Positions 1-9,743 are shown, numbered from the stretch's first letter. The stretch is DNA of 64,000 bases from an uncultured delta proteobacterium (GCA_963793865.1 CAWCBP010000008.1:512001-576000), one strand, 5' to 3'. Numbers and translations: made by a program. Notes: generated from the sequence alone by a model not told the origin.

Positions 1-1
1 C

Positions 2-286
2 GGATACTGCTGGACACGGATACTTAGTGAAAAGAATCGAGCGGCAGGGATAATGACAGGCGAGATCCACATGCTGGGGGTAGATCCTGATTTCCAAAAA
101 AAAGGTATCGGTCGAAAAGTTCTGCTGGCCGGATTGTCATATCTCAAAAGCAACGGTATCACCATCGTCGAATTAACAGCTGACAGTGAGAACCGGGGGG
201 GACTTCGCCTTTACAAATCGGTCGGATTTAAAGAATTGATGAAAACTGAATGGTACGAAAAGACATTGAGCCAATCACATGCTTAA
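2..286 (+). CDS. GNAT acetyltransferase, MshD-like C-terminal domain (5'-partial)
   Basis: Frame is open from base 2: GYCWTR...GEIHMLGVDPDFQKKGIG (acetyl-CoA motif A) and N..GLRLYKSVGF. Confidence 0.8.
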   Translation, partial: GYCWTRILSEKNRAAGIMTGEIHMLGVDPDFQKKGIGRKVLLAGLSYLKSNGITIVELTADSENRGGLRLYKSVGFKELMKTEWYEKTLSQSHA

Positions 287-615
287 TGTATTTCACAAAG
301 CAGCGAAGGTTCAAGATAACAGAGTACTGAAAATGCCCTTTGGTTACCGCAACCCTTTGTAGGGCAATAAGTTTAGATCATAGTTTGATGCTACTGGGCC
401 CCTTTTGTCATGATCGGGGATTGGCAATAGTAAACCGAACCACGCGCAAAGATGGGATTAGATCGAATTCGGAATTCTGTGTGTGGATTTGTGTGTGAAA
501 AACTTTCCAAAATCTGCTAAAATGTGCCACAGTGTGGAAAATCTGCTAAAGTGAAAACTCCTACATTTCAAATAGTTAAGCGATATTGAGGGGTTGAGGA
601 AACTCAGGGGTTTTA

Positions 616-640
616 ACTCTTAATCAGTAGGTCGCAGGTT
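616..640 (+). mobile_element. tRNA-Lys(CTT) fragment, probable att-site remnant of an integrative element
   Basis: ACTCTTAATCAGTAGGTCGCAGGTT resembles anticodon loop through start of the T arm of tRNA-Lys(CTT). No 5' half or acceptor stem. Direct repeat AAAATCTGCTAAA at 509-521 and 538-550 upstream. Confidence 0.6.
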
Positions 641-706
641 GTTTTGTCCGTTTTAACAAGTGATGCCTGCATGGCCTACCACAAACGCGCTCAAGCTGTT
701 ATCAGC

Positions 707-730
707 AATCGCGGCTAAAGCCGCTCCTAC
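707..730 (-). repeat. GTAG-family REP element
   Basis: Minus strand reads GTAGGAGCGGCTTTAGCCGCGATT: GTAG foot plus imperfect palindrome. Confidence 0.75.
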
Positions 731-931
731 CAGCCGTATGCATATCTGAAAAGTCTTATACTATTATACCTCCGCAAAAATAGTCACAGCATAGAAAGCC
801 TATACAGTTCTATTGCCCGGCGGCAATGCGGGGAAAAAATGCTTGCTCCTGATGGGCAGTTTTGTTAATATCACCGCACGCAGGGCTGCAAAATGCAGTG
901 ATGTGAATTGTCCGAACATCGGAAGGCGGAT

Positions 932-2476
932 ATGGTTAAAAAACGCAAGAAAAAAGATTCGTGTACCATTGATACCCTGTGGGGGGACCGGCTCAGGGAG
1001 GAATCAGCTAACGGACTGCTTGCCTTTACCTCCGGGCGCGATGTTCGGCCCACCCCGCCATATGACGAGCGGCTCATTCCTTACGATATCTGGGGAAGCA
1101 AGGCCCACGCTATCATGCTGTGGAAGCAGAACATCATATCCCGGGACGAGGCGGAAACGCTGGTGCGGGGGCTGAAGGAGGTGGAAACCCTTTATACCAA
1201 GGGGACCTTTATCGTTGACCCGGCCAAGGAGGATGTGCACAGCACCATAGAGACCTACCTGATTGAGCACTACGGCATGGAATCAGCAGGCAGGCTTCAC
1301 ACCGGCCGGAGCAGGAATGACCAGATCGTCCTGGACCTGCGCCTCTACATGCGGGCGGAGGTGATGGATTTTGTCATGCTGCTGATCAGCCTGATCGATA
1401 CCATGATTCTTATTGCAAAGGATCATCGTGATGCCATCATGCCGGGTTATACCCACCATCAGCCGGGGATGATCGGTTCCTGGGGACACCTGCTTTTTTC
1501 ATTCGCGCTTCCCCTTGAGAGGGACATAAAGCGATTCATCAACTGGTACGCGCTTTTTAATTACAATCCCCTGGGCGGAGCGGCAGGCTATGGCACGCGA
1601 CTTCCCCTGGACCGGAAACTTACCGCCCGGCTCATGGGTTTTGACGGCGTGCACCGGAGCTCGCTTGATCCCGTGCACAACCGCTGGGAGCCGGAGTCGG
1701 AACTGGGCTATGCTGTCTCCATCTCGATGAATCATTTAAGCAATCTTGCCCAGACGCTCATACTGTTAAACACCGCCGAGTTCGGCATGGTATCCCTGAA
1801 CGATGCCTACTGCACCGGAAGCTCGCTGATGCCCCAGAAGAGGAATCCGGATCCGCTTGAGGCCATCAAGGGCAAGTCGGCCTACGCGCAGGGGATGTTG
1901 GTGGCCATGCTCGCGCTGGGGCGCTCATTGTTCGCGGGCTATAACCGGGAGTCGCAGTGGAGCAAGTATCCGCTCATGGATGTGGTTGAGGAGTGCAAAC
2001 CATCGCTTTCAATGATGAAGGAAATCCTTGCCTCGCTGACCTTCAACCGGGAGGTCGCACTCGAGAGCTGCAGGAAGGGATTTGTTGCAGCGACAGATGT
2101 GGCGGAGTGGCTGGTCAAAAAACACTCACTTCCCTTCAGGAAGGCAAAGATGGTGGTGGAAAAGGCGGTGGCCTATTCAGAGCAGCAGGGCAATGAGAGC
2201 GTTACTTCCGGTGCGCTGAAGCGGGCCCTTGCCGACATGGACATCAGCCTGGCTTTCAAGGATCGCGATCTGGCGTTATGCCAGCAGCCGGAGCGGGTGC
2301 TGCAGGCACGAAAGATCAAGGGCGGGCCGTCGCCGGCAACGCTGATGCACGAGATAGAGCTGCTGCAGAAGACCATGCGGGGCCATGTGCTGTGGCTGAA
2401 GCGTAACCGGGACCATATCGAAAAGGCGCGGAAGGAAGTGGAGGCGGTGATTGACTCGCTTTGCTCACGGTGCTGA
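932..2476 (+). CDS. argH: argininosuccinate lyase
   Basis: LWGdR, EDVH, LHTGRSRNDQ, MPGYTH, TGSSLMPQKRNPD signature. ATG at 932 follows GGAAGG. Confidence 0.95.
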   Translation: MVKKRKKKDSCTIDTLWGDRLREESANGLLAFTSGRDVRPTPPYDERLIPYDIWGSKAHAIMLWKQNIISRDEAETLVRGLKEVETLYTKGTFIVDPAKEDVHSTIETYLIEHYGMESAGRLHTGRSRNDQIVLDLRLYMRAEVMDFVMLLISLIDTMILIAKDHRDAIMPGYTHHQPGMIGSWGHLLFSFALPLERDIKRFINWYALFNYNPLGGAAGYGTRLPLDRKLTARLMGFDGVHRSSLDPVHNRWEPESELGYAVSISMNHLSNLAQTLILLNTAEFGMVSLNDAYCTGSSLMPQKRNPDPLEAIKGKSAYAQGMLVAMLALGRSLFAGYNRESQWSKYPLMDVVEECKPSLSMMKEILASLTFNREVALESCRKGFVAATDVAEWLVKKHSLPFRKAKMVVEKAVAYSEQQGNESVTSGALKRALADMDISLAFKDRDLALCQQPERVLQARKIKGGPSPATLMHEIELLQKTMRGHVLWLKRNRDHIEKARKEVEAVIDSLCSRC

Positions 2477-2531
2477 AGGGATGGGGGGTCGACAGACGGA
2501 TGCTCCGGAGGAGATGAACGAAATAATTTCT

Positions 2532-2580
2532 GTGGGAGCGCATTTATGCGCGATGCATTCGCGGCTGAAGCCGCTCCTAC
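2532..2580. repeat. inverted REP doublet (REPIN-like)
   Basis: GTGGGAGCGCATTTATGCGCGA-tgcat-TCGCGGCTGAAGCCGCTCCTAC. The right arm is nearly identical to the REP at 707-730. Confidence 0.75.
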
Positions 2581-2610
2581 CGGTCATAAACTCTCAGCGG
2601 GAGGTTGATC

Positions 2611-3906
2611 ATGGCAACATACAAAGGGGGCGTATCTCCTGATTTCGAAAAGGCCCTGCAAGTGGGCAGACCGCCGAACGTGGTAAAGCTTTTCCCGCAC
2701 TCAAAGGCACTGCTGGTGAGCGGAAAAGTGATCGACCGGGCCATGATAGCCAAGGGCAAGGCAATGACCATGGCGGCAAACGGCCGCAATACTTTTGTCA
2801 TCCGCGGCGCACTGAGAGCGGCCCAGCGGGCCAATGCCGCACTGATCATAGAGATCGCCAAGTCCGAGGGCGGCTCCGGCGCTTACTGCGCGGTCAACTA
2901 CTGGAACATGGCCACCTATGTGGATAGCTTCTGTAATGAGATGGGCATCACCATTCCGGTTGCCATTCATGCGGACCATTACGGCATCAAGGGCGACAAG
3001 GACATGAACCTGGCAAAGATGGAGATCCCCAGCATGATCGAGGCAGGCATAACCTCGGTTGCCATCGATGCCTCGCATCTCCCCGATGACAAGAACCTCC
3101 TGGCCTCGATAGCGCTCAATCCCCTGGTCCCCACGTGGGCGGGCCTGGAAACGGAAGTGGGTGAGATTAAGGGGAAGGAAGGCCTTTCAACCGTTGAAGA
3201 GGCGCTTTTTCTTATCAGGGGACTCAACGCTCACTCCATCTTTCCTGATTGGATCGCGCTCAATAACGGCACCACCCACGGCATTGAAGAGAGTGACGCG
3301 GGCATCCAGGTGGAGCTGACCGCGAAGATACACGAGGCGCTGAAAGACTACGGTGTCTCCGGCGCGCAGCACGGCACCTCGGGCAACAGCTCGGAGCGGC
3401 TTCGGGCAATTGCCTCCAGGACCCGCACCACCAAGGCAAATGTCGCGACGGCGCTGCAGATGGTTTCATGGGGGCTGAAGGTGAACGACTACGGTAATGC
3501 CATCCTGGACGGGGACAAAAACTTCATCAAGGTCAGCGGTGAAGGCATGACTGAGGAGCTGTGGGCGGAGATGGTGGAGTATGCAAAGTCGAAGAGCCTT
3601 AAGGCCGGAGACTACAAGAAGCTCAACCTGCCGTACGAAAACCGGCTCAGCGGACAGCCGCGGGAAATCAGGGAGCGGATGGTAAAGGCGGTTGAAGACT
3701 TTGTCTATAACATGCTGGCGAACGTCATGAACGCCCGGGATACCGCGCCTCTTGCAATAGAAGCCATCTTGAAAGCCGGATCGTATGACCTCGGACCAAA
3801 GGCAAAGCGCATTGAAGATCCTGCGGAGTGGACCGAAAGCAAGCTGGTGGAAAAAGCCAAACATCTTACTTCCGACAAGGGAGCGAAGGGGAATTTTGAC
3901 GATTAG
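2611..3906 (+). CDS. fba: class II fructose-bisphosphate aldolase
   Basis: AIHADH, AIDASH, ETEVGEI, NGTTHG, AQHGTSG, KANVAT motifs. GGAGG SD before ATG 2611. Confidence 0.92.
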   Translation: MATYKGGVSPDFEKALQVGRPPNVVKLFPHSKALLVSGKVIDRAMIAKGKAMTMAANGRNTFVIRGALRAAQRANAALIIEIAKSEGGSGAYCAVNYWNMATYVDSFCNEMGITIPVAIHADHYGIKGDKDMNLAKMEIPSMIEAGITSVAIDASHLPDDKNLLASIALNPLVPTWAGLETEVGEIKGKEGLSTVEEALFLIRGLNAHSIFPDWIALNNGTTHGIEESDAGIQVELTAKIHEALKDYGVSGAQHGTSGNSSERLRAIASRTRTTKANVATALQMVSWGLKVNDYGNAILDGDKNFIKVSGEGMTEELWAEMVEYAKSKSLKAGDYKKLNLPYENRLSGQPREIRERMVKAVEDFVYNMLANVMNARDTAPLAIEAILKAGSYDLGPKAKRIEDPAEWTESKLVEKAKHLTSDKGAKGNFDD

Positions 3907-3945
3907 TAAGCCAAAATAATCTTTTGTGCAAAATAAAGCAATCCA

Positions 3946-4224
3946 GTCGATGCGAGGAGTCCCGCCTTGACGGGGCGACGAAATCCCATTTTTACCATTA
4001 ACGCAGAGCATTAAACAATGAAATTGCTTCGTTTCGCTCGCAATGAGCAGGTAAAGTGAACTAATAATTTAATTCATTAGTGTCCTAAACAAGATGTTTT
4101 TTACTCTCGGATTGTATTAAACTTTTTATATGAGATTGCTTCGTTTGGCATTATGAGCTCCTTGCAACGACTTTTCATTGCTGCAGTCATTCGCTTGATC
4201 TTTGCTGTTGCGAAGCGAGGAATC
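3946..4224. repeat. cluster of degenerate GTCATTGCGAG..GAAGCAATC-type palindromic repeats
   Basis: GTCGATGCGAGGAGT..GACGAAATCCC (3946), AATTGCTTCGTTTCGCTCGCAATGA (4022), GAGATTGCTTCG..TTGCAACGAC (4132), GTCATTC..GAAGCGAGGAATCT (4186). Confidence 0.55.
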
Positions 4225-4363
4225 TTGCATTACCGTTTTTTGGACAAGCACTGCAAGTCAATCTAATTTCTAAAATTACAGTCGACAAAGGCAGGGGGTA
4301 TTTGGTTCCTGCCTTTCTGATATCATCCGGTTGGGTAAACCCGCCGTCACGGAAAAATACTAC

Positions 4364-4966
4364 ATGGATACCCTGGCACACGGATTGTGGGCAACCGCCC
4401 TGTCAAAGTCGGTGAATATCCGAACGCCGCGCAGCCTTAAGACCGGCCAGATGGCACTCTGGAGCATAGCGCCCGATCTTTTCTCCTTTACCCCGGTCGT
4501 GGTGTGGATGATCTGGCAAATGTCATACAATGGGGTTGCGTTCAGCGATATCCCCCGGCCGGAGTTCATGTCAGCCGATGAACGGGGCAGAATTTTCATT
4601 CTCAGCTTATCCCAAATCCTTTATCATATCAGCCATAGTGGTATCATCTTTCTGGGTCTTTTCCTGCTGGTGTGGCTGCTTCGCCGCTATAAAGCGGGCA
4701 AAACATCAGGAAATGCATTCGGGGGAGGCAGGCCCTATTTTGAGATGGCCGGATGGCTTCTCCACATCCTGCTTGACATACCGACTCATTCCGAGAAATT
4801 TTACCCGACGCTTTTCCTCTGGCCACTGTCCAATTTCCATTTTAACGGCAGTTCATGGGGGAACATGAAATTCATGATAGGCAATTATCTCTGCCTGCTG
4901 ACGGTGTTTGTTGCCATCCGCGTCGCAGGCAGAATGGGGGCGCGCAAAATTACAGGTACGATATGA
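4364..4966 (+). CDS. membrane protein, YdjM-like putative metal-dependent hydrolase
   Basis: MDTLAH, APD, HISHS, HILLDIPTH, LFLWP motifs with several TM helices. Confidence 0.7.
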   Translation: MDTLAHGLWATALSKSVNIRTPRSLKTGQMALWSIAPDLFSFTPVVVWMIWQMSYNGVAFSDIPRPEFMSADERGRIFILSLSQILYHISHSGIIFLGLFLLVWLLRRYKAGKTSGNAFGGGRPYFEMAGWLLHILLDIPTHSEKFYPTLFLWPLSNFHFNGSSWGNMKFMIGNYLCLLTVFVAIRVAGRMGARKITGTI

Positions 4967-5122
4967 ACCAAACGCACGCGGCCTTTTTGGCAAGCATGGT
5001 CATTCTGTGCGAAAATATTGTTCTGAAAGCAATGCTTGCGCACCAGGCAGTAATTGTTGTATGATGCGAAAAAATTCAAGGGACACGTCTCGGATTTGAC
5101 CTTACATCTTTGGGGGGTTGCG

Positions 5123-7078
5123 ATGGATAAAATTTATGGCTGGACGGGTTCGCTGCTGCGTATTGAGCTCCCCTCGGGAGACAATCGGGTAACTTCCAGC
5201 ATGGATTACGCGGATGATTTTATCGGCGGCAGGCTTTTTGCCTCAAGGGTATACTGGGACGAAGTGCCTAAAACCACCGGCGCACTTTCTCCCGAAAACC
5301 CGCTGATGATCATGCCGGGACCGCTGACCGGGACAGCCGCGATCGGCTGCTCGCGATGGGTCATCAGCGCCAAGTCCCCCCATTCCTATCCTGATCAGTA
5401 CGGTTTCGGAAATGGCGGGGGATTTTTCGGGGCCGCCTTGAAGCGGGCGGGGTTTGACGGCATGATCATATCCGGCAAGGCAAAGGGACTTTCCTATATT
5501 CTCATCGAAGGCGGGAAAGCCGCACTAAAGGATGCGGAAGGGCTGAGAGGGCTCGAGACCCATGAGACCATGGACCGGCTGAGAAAGCAGCACGGGACGG
5601 ATGCGCGGATCGTGTGTATCGGCCCCGGAGGAGAGGGCCTGGTCCGCTTTGCCATTGCGCTCACCGACCAGGGGGGAACCCTTTCCAACGGCATGGGCGC
5701 GGTCATGGGGTCAAAGAACCTCAAGGCCATCGTGGTCAGGGGAGGGGACAAGGTCCCCGTGGCCCATCCCGACAGGCTGAGCGAGATTAATGCGCAGATC
5801 CGCTTCCTGCGCAAAGGCCAGAACGAAAGCCTGTATCTGACGGAACCCATGCTCCAGGGAATTGAAAAGGGTAAGGACACACCCTGCTATGCCTGTCCGG
5901 GAGGATGCTCCCGGGCATACTTCAAGCACACCTCGGGAAGGGAAGAGGTGCGCAAAACCTGTGCGGCTGCCTTTGTCTATACCCCCTGGGATCAGCTTTA
6001 CCACGGGGAGGCGACGGAAAATCCTTATCTGGCAACCTCTCTTTGTGATCGTTTGGGGCTCTGCACCGGAGAAGTCAGCAATCTTATATACTGGCTCTAC
6101 CGCTGTTTCAAGGCAGGAGTGCTTAGCGAGGATGAAACGGGCCTTCCGCTGTCGAAAATCGGAAGCCTGGAGTTTTTTGAGGCCCTGGCGAATGGCATCA
6201 TTACCCGGAAGGGGTTCGGCGAACTGCTGGCCCAGGGTACTCGGCGGGCATCGCTGGAGAAGGGAAACGCTGCCGCGGAGATAGCGCTGAGCCGCATCAC
6301 GCCTTCAGGCTATGCCAATGACGCCTATGGCGGCAGGGTATTTATAACCAATGCCCTCATGTACGCAACCGAAAACAGGAATCCCATCATCCAGCTCCAC
6401 GAGTTCAGCTTTACGGTTCTCAAGTGGATGCTCTGGCATACCACCTCCGGCGGCATGTCCTCGTTATCTACGGATGACTTAAGGAAAATAGCCAGACGGG
6501 CCTGGGGCAATGAAAAGGCGGTTGATTTTTCAACCTATGAGGGAAAAGCCCAGGCGGCCTTCATGATACAGAACCGGCAGCACGCCAAGGAAAGCATGGT
6601 GGGATGTGACCGCTTCTATCCCCTGCTCGATACCGACCAGCGGGAAGACCACATGGGCGATCCCACGCTGGTTCCGCAGCTCTTCAGTGCCGTGACCGGA
6701 CGGGAGATGAGCGAGGAAGAATATTACCGTATGGGCGATCGGTCCTTCAACCTGCAGCGGGCGCTGATGTGCCGCGAGGGGAGGGCGGGAAGAAAGGACG
6801 ACATCATCGGGGAGTTTAATTTTACCGAACCGGTGGAGCAGGAAGAGGGGATGATTGGGCTTTTTAACCCTGATCTGGAAATGCCCGGCCCGGGGGATAC
6901 CATAATCACCCGCAAGGGAGCGGCCATGGACCGCGGCGAGTTTGAGCGGATGAAAGACGAGTACTATGATCTGCGAAGGTGGGACGTCCCATCCGGGCTG
7001 CAGAAGCGGAAGCTGCTTGAAGATCTCGGCTTGAGCTGTGTGTGCAGGGAGTTGGATGGGCTGGGCCTGCTCAAATGA
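5123..7078 (+). CDS. aldehyde:ferredoxin oxidoreductase family protein (W/Mo-pterin)
   Basis: YGWTGSLLRIEL, IGGR, LKRAGFDG, CIGPGGE, GMGAVMGSKNLKAI, CYACPGGC, CDRLGL, YYDLRRWD. Confidence 0.92.
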   Translation: MDKIYGWTGSLLRIELPSGDNRVTSSMDYADDFIGGRLFASRVYWDEVPKTTGALSPENPLMIMPGPLTGTAAIGCSRWVISAKSPHSYPDQYGFGNGGGFFGAALKRAGFDGMIISGKAKGLSYILIEGGKAALKDAEGLRGLETHETMDRLRKQHGTDARIVCIGPGGEGLVRFAIALTDQGGTLSNGMGAVMGSKNLKAIVVRGGDKVPVAHPDRLSEINAQIRFLRKGQNESLYLTEPMLQGIEKGKDTPCYACPGGCSRAYFKHTSGREEVRKTCAAAFVYTPWDQLYHGEATENPYLATSLCDRLGLCTGEVSNLIYWLYRCFKAGVLSEDETGLPLSKIGSLEFFEALANGIITRKGFGELLAQGTRRASLEKGNAAAEIALSRITPSGYANDAYGGRVFITNALMYATENRNPIIQLHEFSFTVLKWMLWHTTSGGMSSLSTDDLRKIARRAWGNEKAVDFSTYEGKAQAAFMIQNRQHAKESMVGCDRFYPLLDTDQREDHMGDPTLVPQLFSAVTGREMSEEEYYRMGDRSFNLQRALMCREGRAGRKDDIIGEFNFTEPVEQEEGMIGLFNPDLEMPGPGDTIITRKGAAMDRGEFERMKDEYYDLRRWDVPSGLQKRKLLEDLGLSCVCRELDGLGLLK

Positions 7079-7143
7079 GGGGTGTGTGCGGGCCGCTCTA
7101 CAGATAGACAGATGAACATCTAAGGTGCAGAAAGGAGGAGATC

Positions 7144-7713
7144 ATGAGTAATCTGAAACGCGTTATCATTCTTTTAACCCTGGTTGTGCTGGTACCCGGT
7201 TTTGCCTTTGCCTCCGATACCTGGATTATTTATTATACCAGGTCGGGCAACAACAAAACCATCGCCGAGCACGTCCAGTCACAAATTCCACAAGGCAAAC
7301 TGGTGGAGATCAAATCAAACGATGACCGGTCTGGCATTCTCGGCTTCGTCACCTGCGCGCTTGATCAATGGATGGACCGGGATGCCGCCATTACCGTGGA
7401 GGACATAACACCCGCCGCTGATGATACGATTATCATGTGCGCTCCCATCTGGCTGCAGCAGCTTTCCTCACCGCCGCGGACATTCATCAAGCAGGGCAAA
7501 CTGAAAGGCATGAAGATGCACCTGTTCATCACCTTTGGCGGCAAACTGAACGAAGAAAAGCAAAAGCTGCTGGAAACCTGGGTGCGCGACCAGGGAATTG
7601 ACCTTCAGGGCGTTTACGGTTCGGGTGTGGGAGGCAAAACTCCGGAAGATATAAAGAAACTGATTGACGAGCACCTGACGAAAGCGGGGTTGATTGCGGC
7701 CGTTGCCCGGTAG
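7144..7713 (+). CDS. flavodoxin-like protein with N-terminal signal peptide
   Basis: YYTRSGNNKTIAE phosphate loop, APIW, FITFGG. Hydrophobic leader ending AFA. AAGGAGG SD. Confidence 0.75.
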   Translation: MSNLKRVIILLTLVVLVPGFAFASDTWIIYYTRSGNNKTIAEHVQSQIPQGKLVEIKSNDDRSGILGFVTCALDQWMDRDAAITVEDITPAADDTIIMCAPIWLQQLSSPPRTFIKQGKLKGMKMHLFITFGGKLNEEKQKLLETWVRDQGIDLQGVYGSGVGGKTPEDIKKLIDEHLTKAGLIAAVAR

Positions 7714-7759
7714 CAGGCAGCATCGGGCACACTATCGCAGGTGGAGACGCGGGGAAAAA

Positions 7760-8219
7760 ATGATTGGAAAGCGAACAGGGGTGAGCCTTGTCATTCTGAT
7801 GGTTTTTATTTGTCTGCTTGGGAGGGTTCACCATCGCCATGCCGGGCCTCTGGGCAAACCATTTGTCGCACTGGATTGTTCTTCCGTCCATCGCCCTGAT
7901 TATGACCCTGCTGCTGGGCCTCGTGCTCATGGATGACCTGTTTGAGTTGGATAAGGCAGTCTTTATCAGGCTGAAAAAATCCCATATCGGCATCGGGATA
8001 AGAAAGTATTTGCTGTGGGCATTTTTCCTGGTCTGCGCCGTTTCCTTTATCATGGAAGGAGTGCAATTTTTCATCTCCCGGTCGTATATGCGCTGGGCAG
8101 ACCCGCTGCTTGTCATTTCGGGCTCCATGGCCGGGATAGTACTGCACATTGTAGGCTCAAAGTGGCTGATGAAGAAGGTTGAATTTGAGCTGGAGCGCTG
8201 GGAGGATAACGTGCTGTGA
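7760..8219 (+). pseudogene. VanZ-like membrane protein, frameshifted near 7818-7826
   Basis: ATG 7760 (MIGKRTGVSLVILMVFICLL) joins the +1 frame GFTIAMPG...EGVQFFISRSYMRWADP..G...G if one G is removed from CTTGGGAGGG. Confidence 0.55.
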
Positions 8220-8260
8220 GGTGATATAATAAGATACTTCGCAGTTGGTAGACCCGTCCT

Positions 8261-8308
8261 AAAAAAATAGCCCCCTCGGTCACTGTTAGCCCGGGAGGCT
8301 ATTTTTTT
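8261..8308. terminator. bidirectional intrinsic terminator
   Basis: AAAAAAATAGCC...GGCTATTTTTTT hairpin with A and T tails. Confidence 0.75.
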
Positions 8309-8466
8309 GTTGAAAAGCAGGCTCTTTATGTTAAGAATAAAAGCTATTACTATCCGTGGGGGCAGAATGATAAGCGCACGAAGTATGTTGAACAGGTTCC
8401 TCACTTTTTCCGGGGTCGTGTCTGATCCCGGGGTAAAATAAGGATATTTATTATGGAGGTGAGATT

Positions 8467-9715
8467 ATGAAAGGATTATTAGTGTTAAGTGCCGTGTTGC
8501 TGGCTCTTCCGTGTATGGCTTTTGCGGGTCCTGTCCCTGATACCGGTCAGGCGGATTGTTATGATGATGCCAACTATATGGCCTGTCAATCTCCCGGGGG
8601 TGACTATTACGGCCAGGACGCTCAATACTTCTGCAATACCCGTTCATATAACGACCTTGGCAATGGGATTGTGCGTGATACTATCACCGACCTTGAGTGG
8701 CAGCAGAACAGTCCGTATGATACATACCGATGGCAGGAAGCTGTAGACTATTGCAACAATTTGGAACTTGGCGGGCATTCTGATTGGCGGTTGCCTTCGA
8801 TAAAGGAGCTTTCCACCCTGGTTGACAGCGGCATACCGGATCCCGGGCCGACCGTCAATGTAGAATATTTCCCCGACACCGTCGGGTCCGCCTACTCCGA
8901 CTACTGGTCGTCTGATGCGGAGGCCCATAATACAAGTTATGCCTGGATCGTCCATTTCGGCGACGGCAGCGTGAAGACAAGCGCAAAGATCAACCGGCTC
9001 AATGTTCGTGCCGTGCGCGGCGTACAATCCTCCGATATGCCTGGTGGATAACGGGGACGGAACAATCACTGATCCGGGCACCGGTTTAATGTGGGAGATA
9101 AAAACTGACGATGGCGGCCCCCGGGATATGGATAATGCCTGCACCTGGCAGGAGGCGCTGGCGTATTGCGAGAACCTGACGCTGGCGGACTACAATGACT
9201 GGCGCTTACCCAATAGAAATGAACTGCAATCTCTTATTGATTATGGCAGGTATGGTCCTTCCGCAGATCCCGTATTGCCCTCCGTGAGACCCTCTTCCTT
9301 CTGGTCATCTACGACGAATGTCGGCAATCCCCTCGTTGCCTGGCTGGTCAATTTTTACGATGGCGATGTAAGCTTCATCAGCAAGTCAGGCGACAGTTAT
9401 GTGCGTGCCGTTCGCGCCGGCCAGTGCCGGGTGTTGACAACAACATCGACGACATCCGTATCGCCAACAACAATCCCTGATGGCAATTGTCCGTCAAAAA
9501 AGTTGTACGGTGAGCAGTCGGAGGAAACGGAGCTTTTAAGAGAATTCCGGGACGGCGTGCTCAGCAAGACGGCAGAGGGACAGGAGATAATCAAGCTCTA
9601 CTATCTGTGGAGTCCTGCTATTCTTGCGGCAATGGAAAGAGACGAAGCGTTTAAAATGTGGGCAAAGGAAATGATTGACAGCATCCTGCCGGTGATCGAA
9701 AGCGAAGTGGAGTAA
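8467..9715 (+). pseudogene. secreted tandem DUF1566 (Lcl C-terminal) protein with CFI-box-CTERM-like tail, split by a frameshift near 9030-9045
   Basis: Signal peptide, DTGQ..CY, GQD. Two DUF1566 units (D..T.L.W, DWRLP..EL, WSS, VRAVR) lie in ORFs 8467-9051 and 9002-9715. Thr-rich linker, then CP..LYG...LREFRD..L......G..II.LYY..SP. Confidence 0.75.
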
Positions 9716-9743
9716 CCAACAGTATTTCTGCTTCCCCTTTTTC

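Noticed and set aside
600..680. Intact tRNA-Lys gene
   Set aside because: D arm and acceptor stem are absent, and the T loop is truncated after GGTT.
7529..8404. 291-aa minus-strand ORF
   Set aside because: Antisense to the flavodoxin and VanZ-like genes, crosses a terminator, and has no recognisable motifs.
8467..9715. Complete diversity-generating retroelement
   Set aside because: No reverse transcriptase, Avd or adenine-variant template repeat in the window. The two domain ends differ at all base types.
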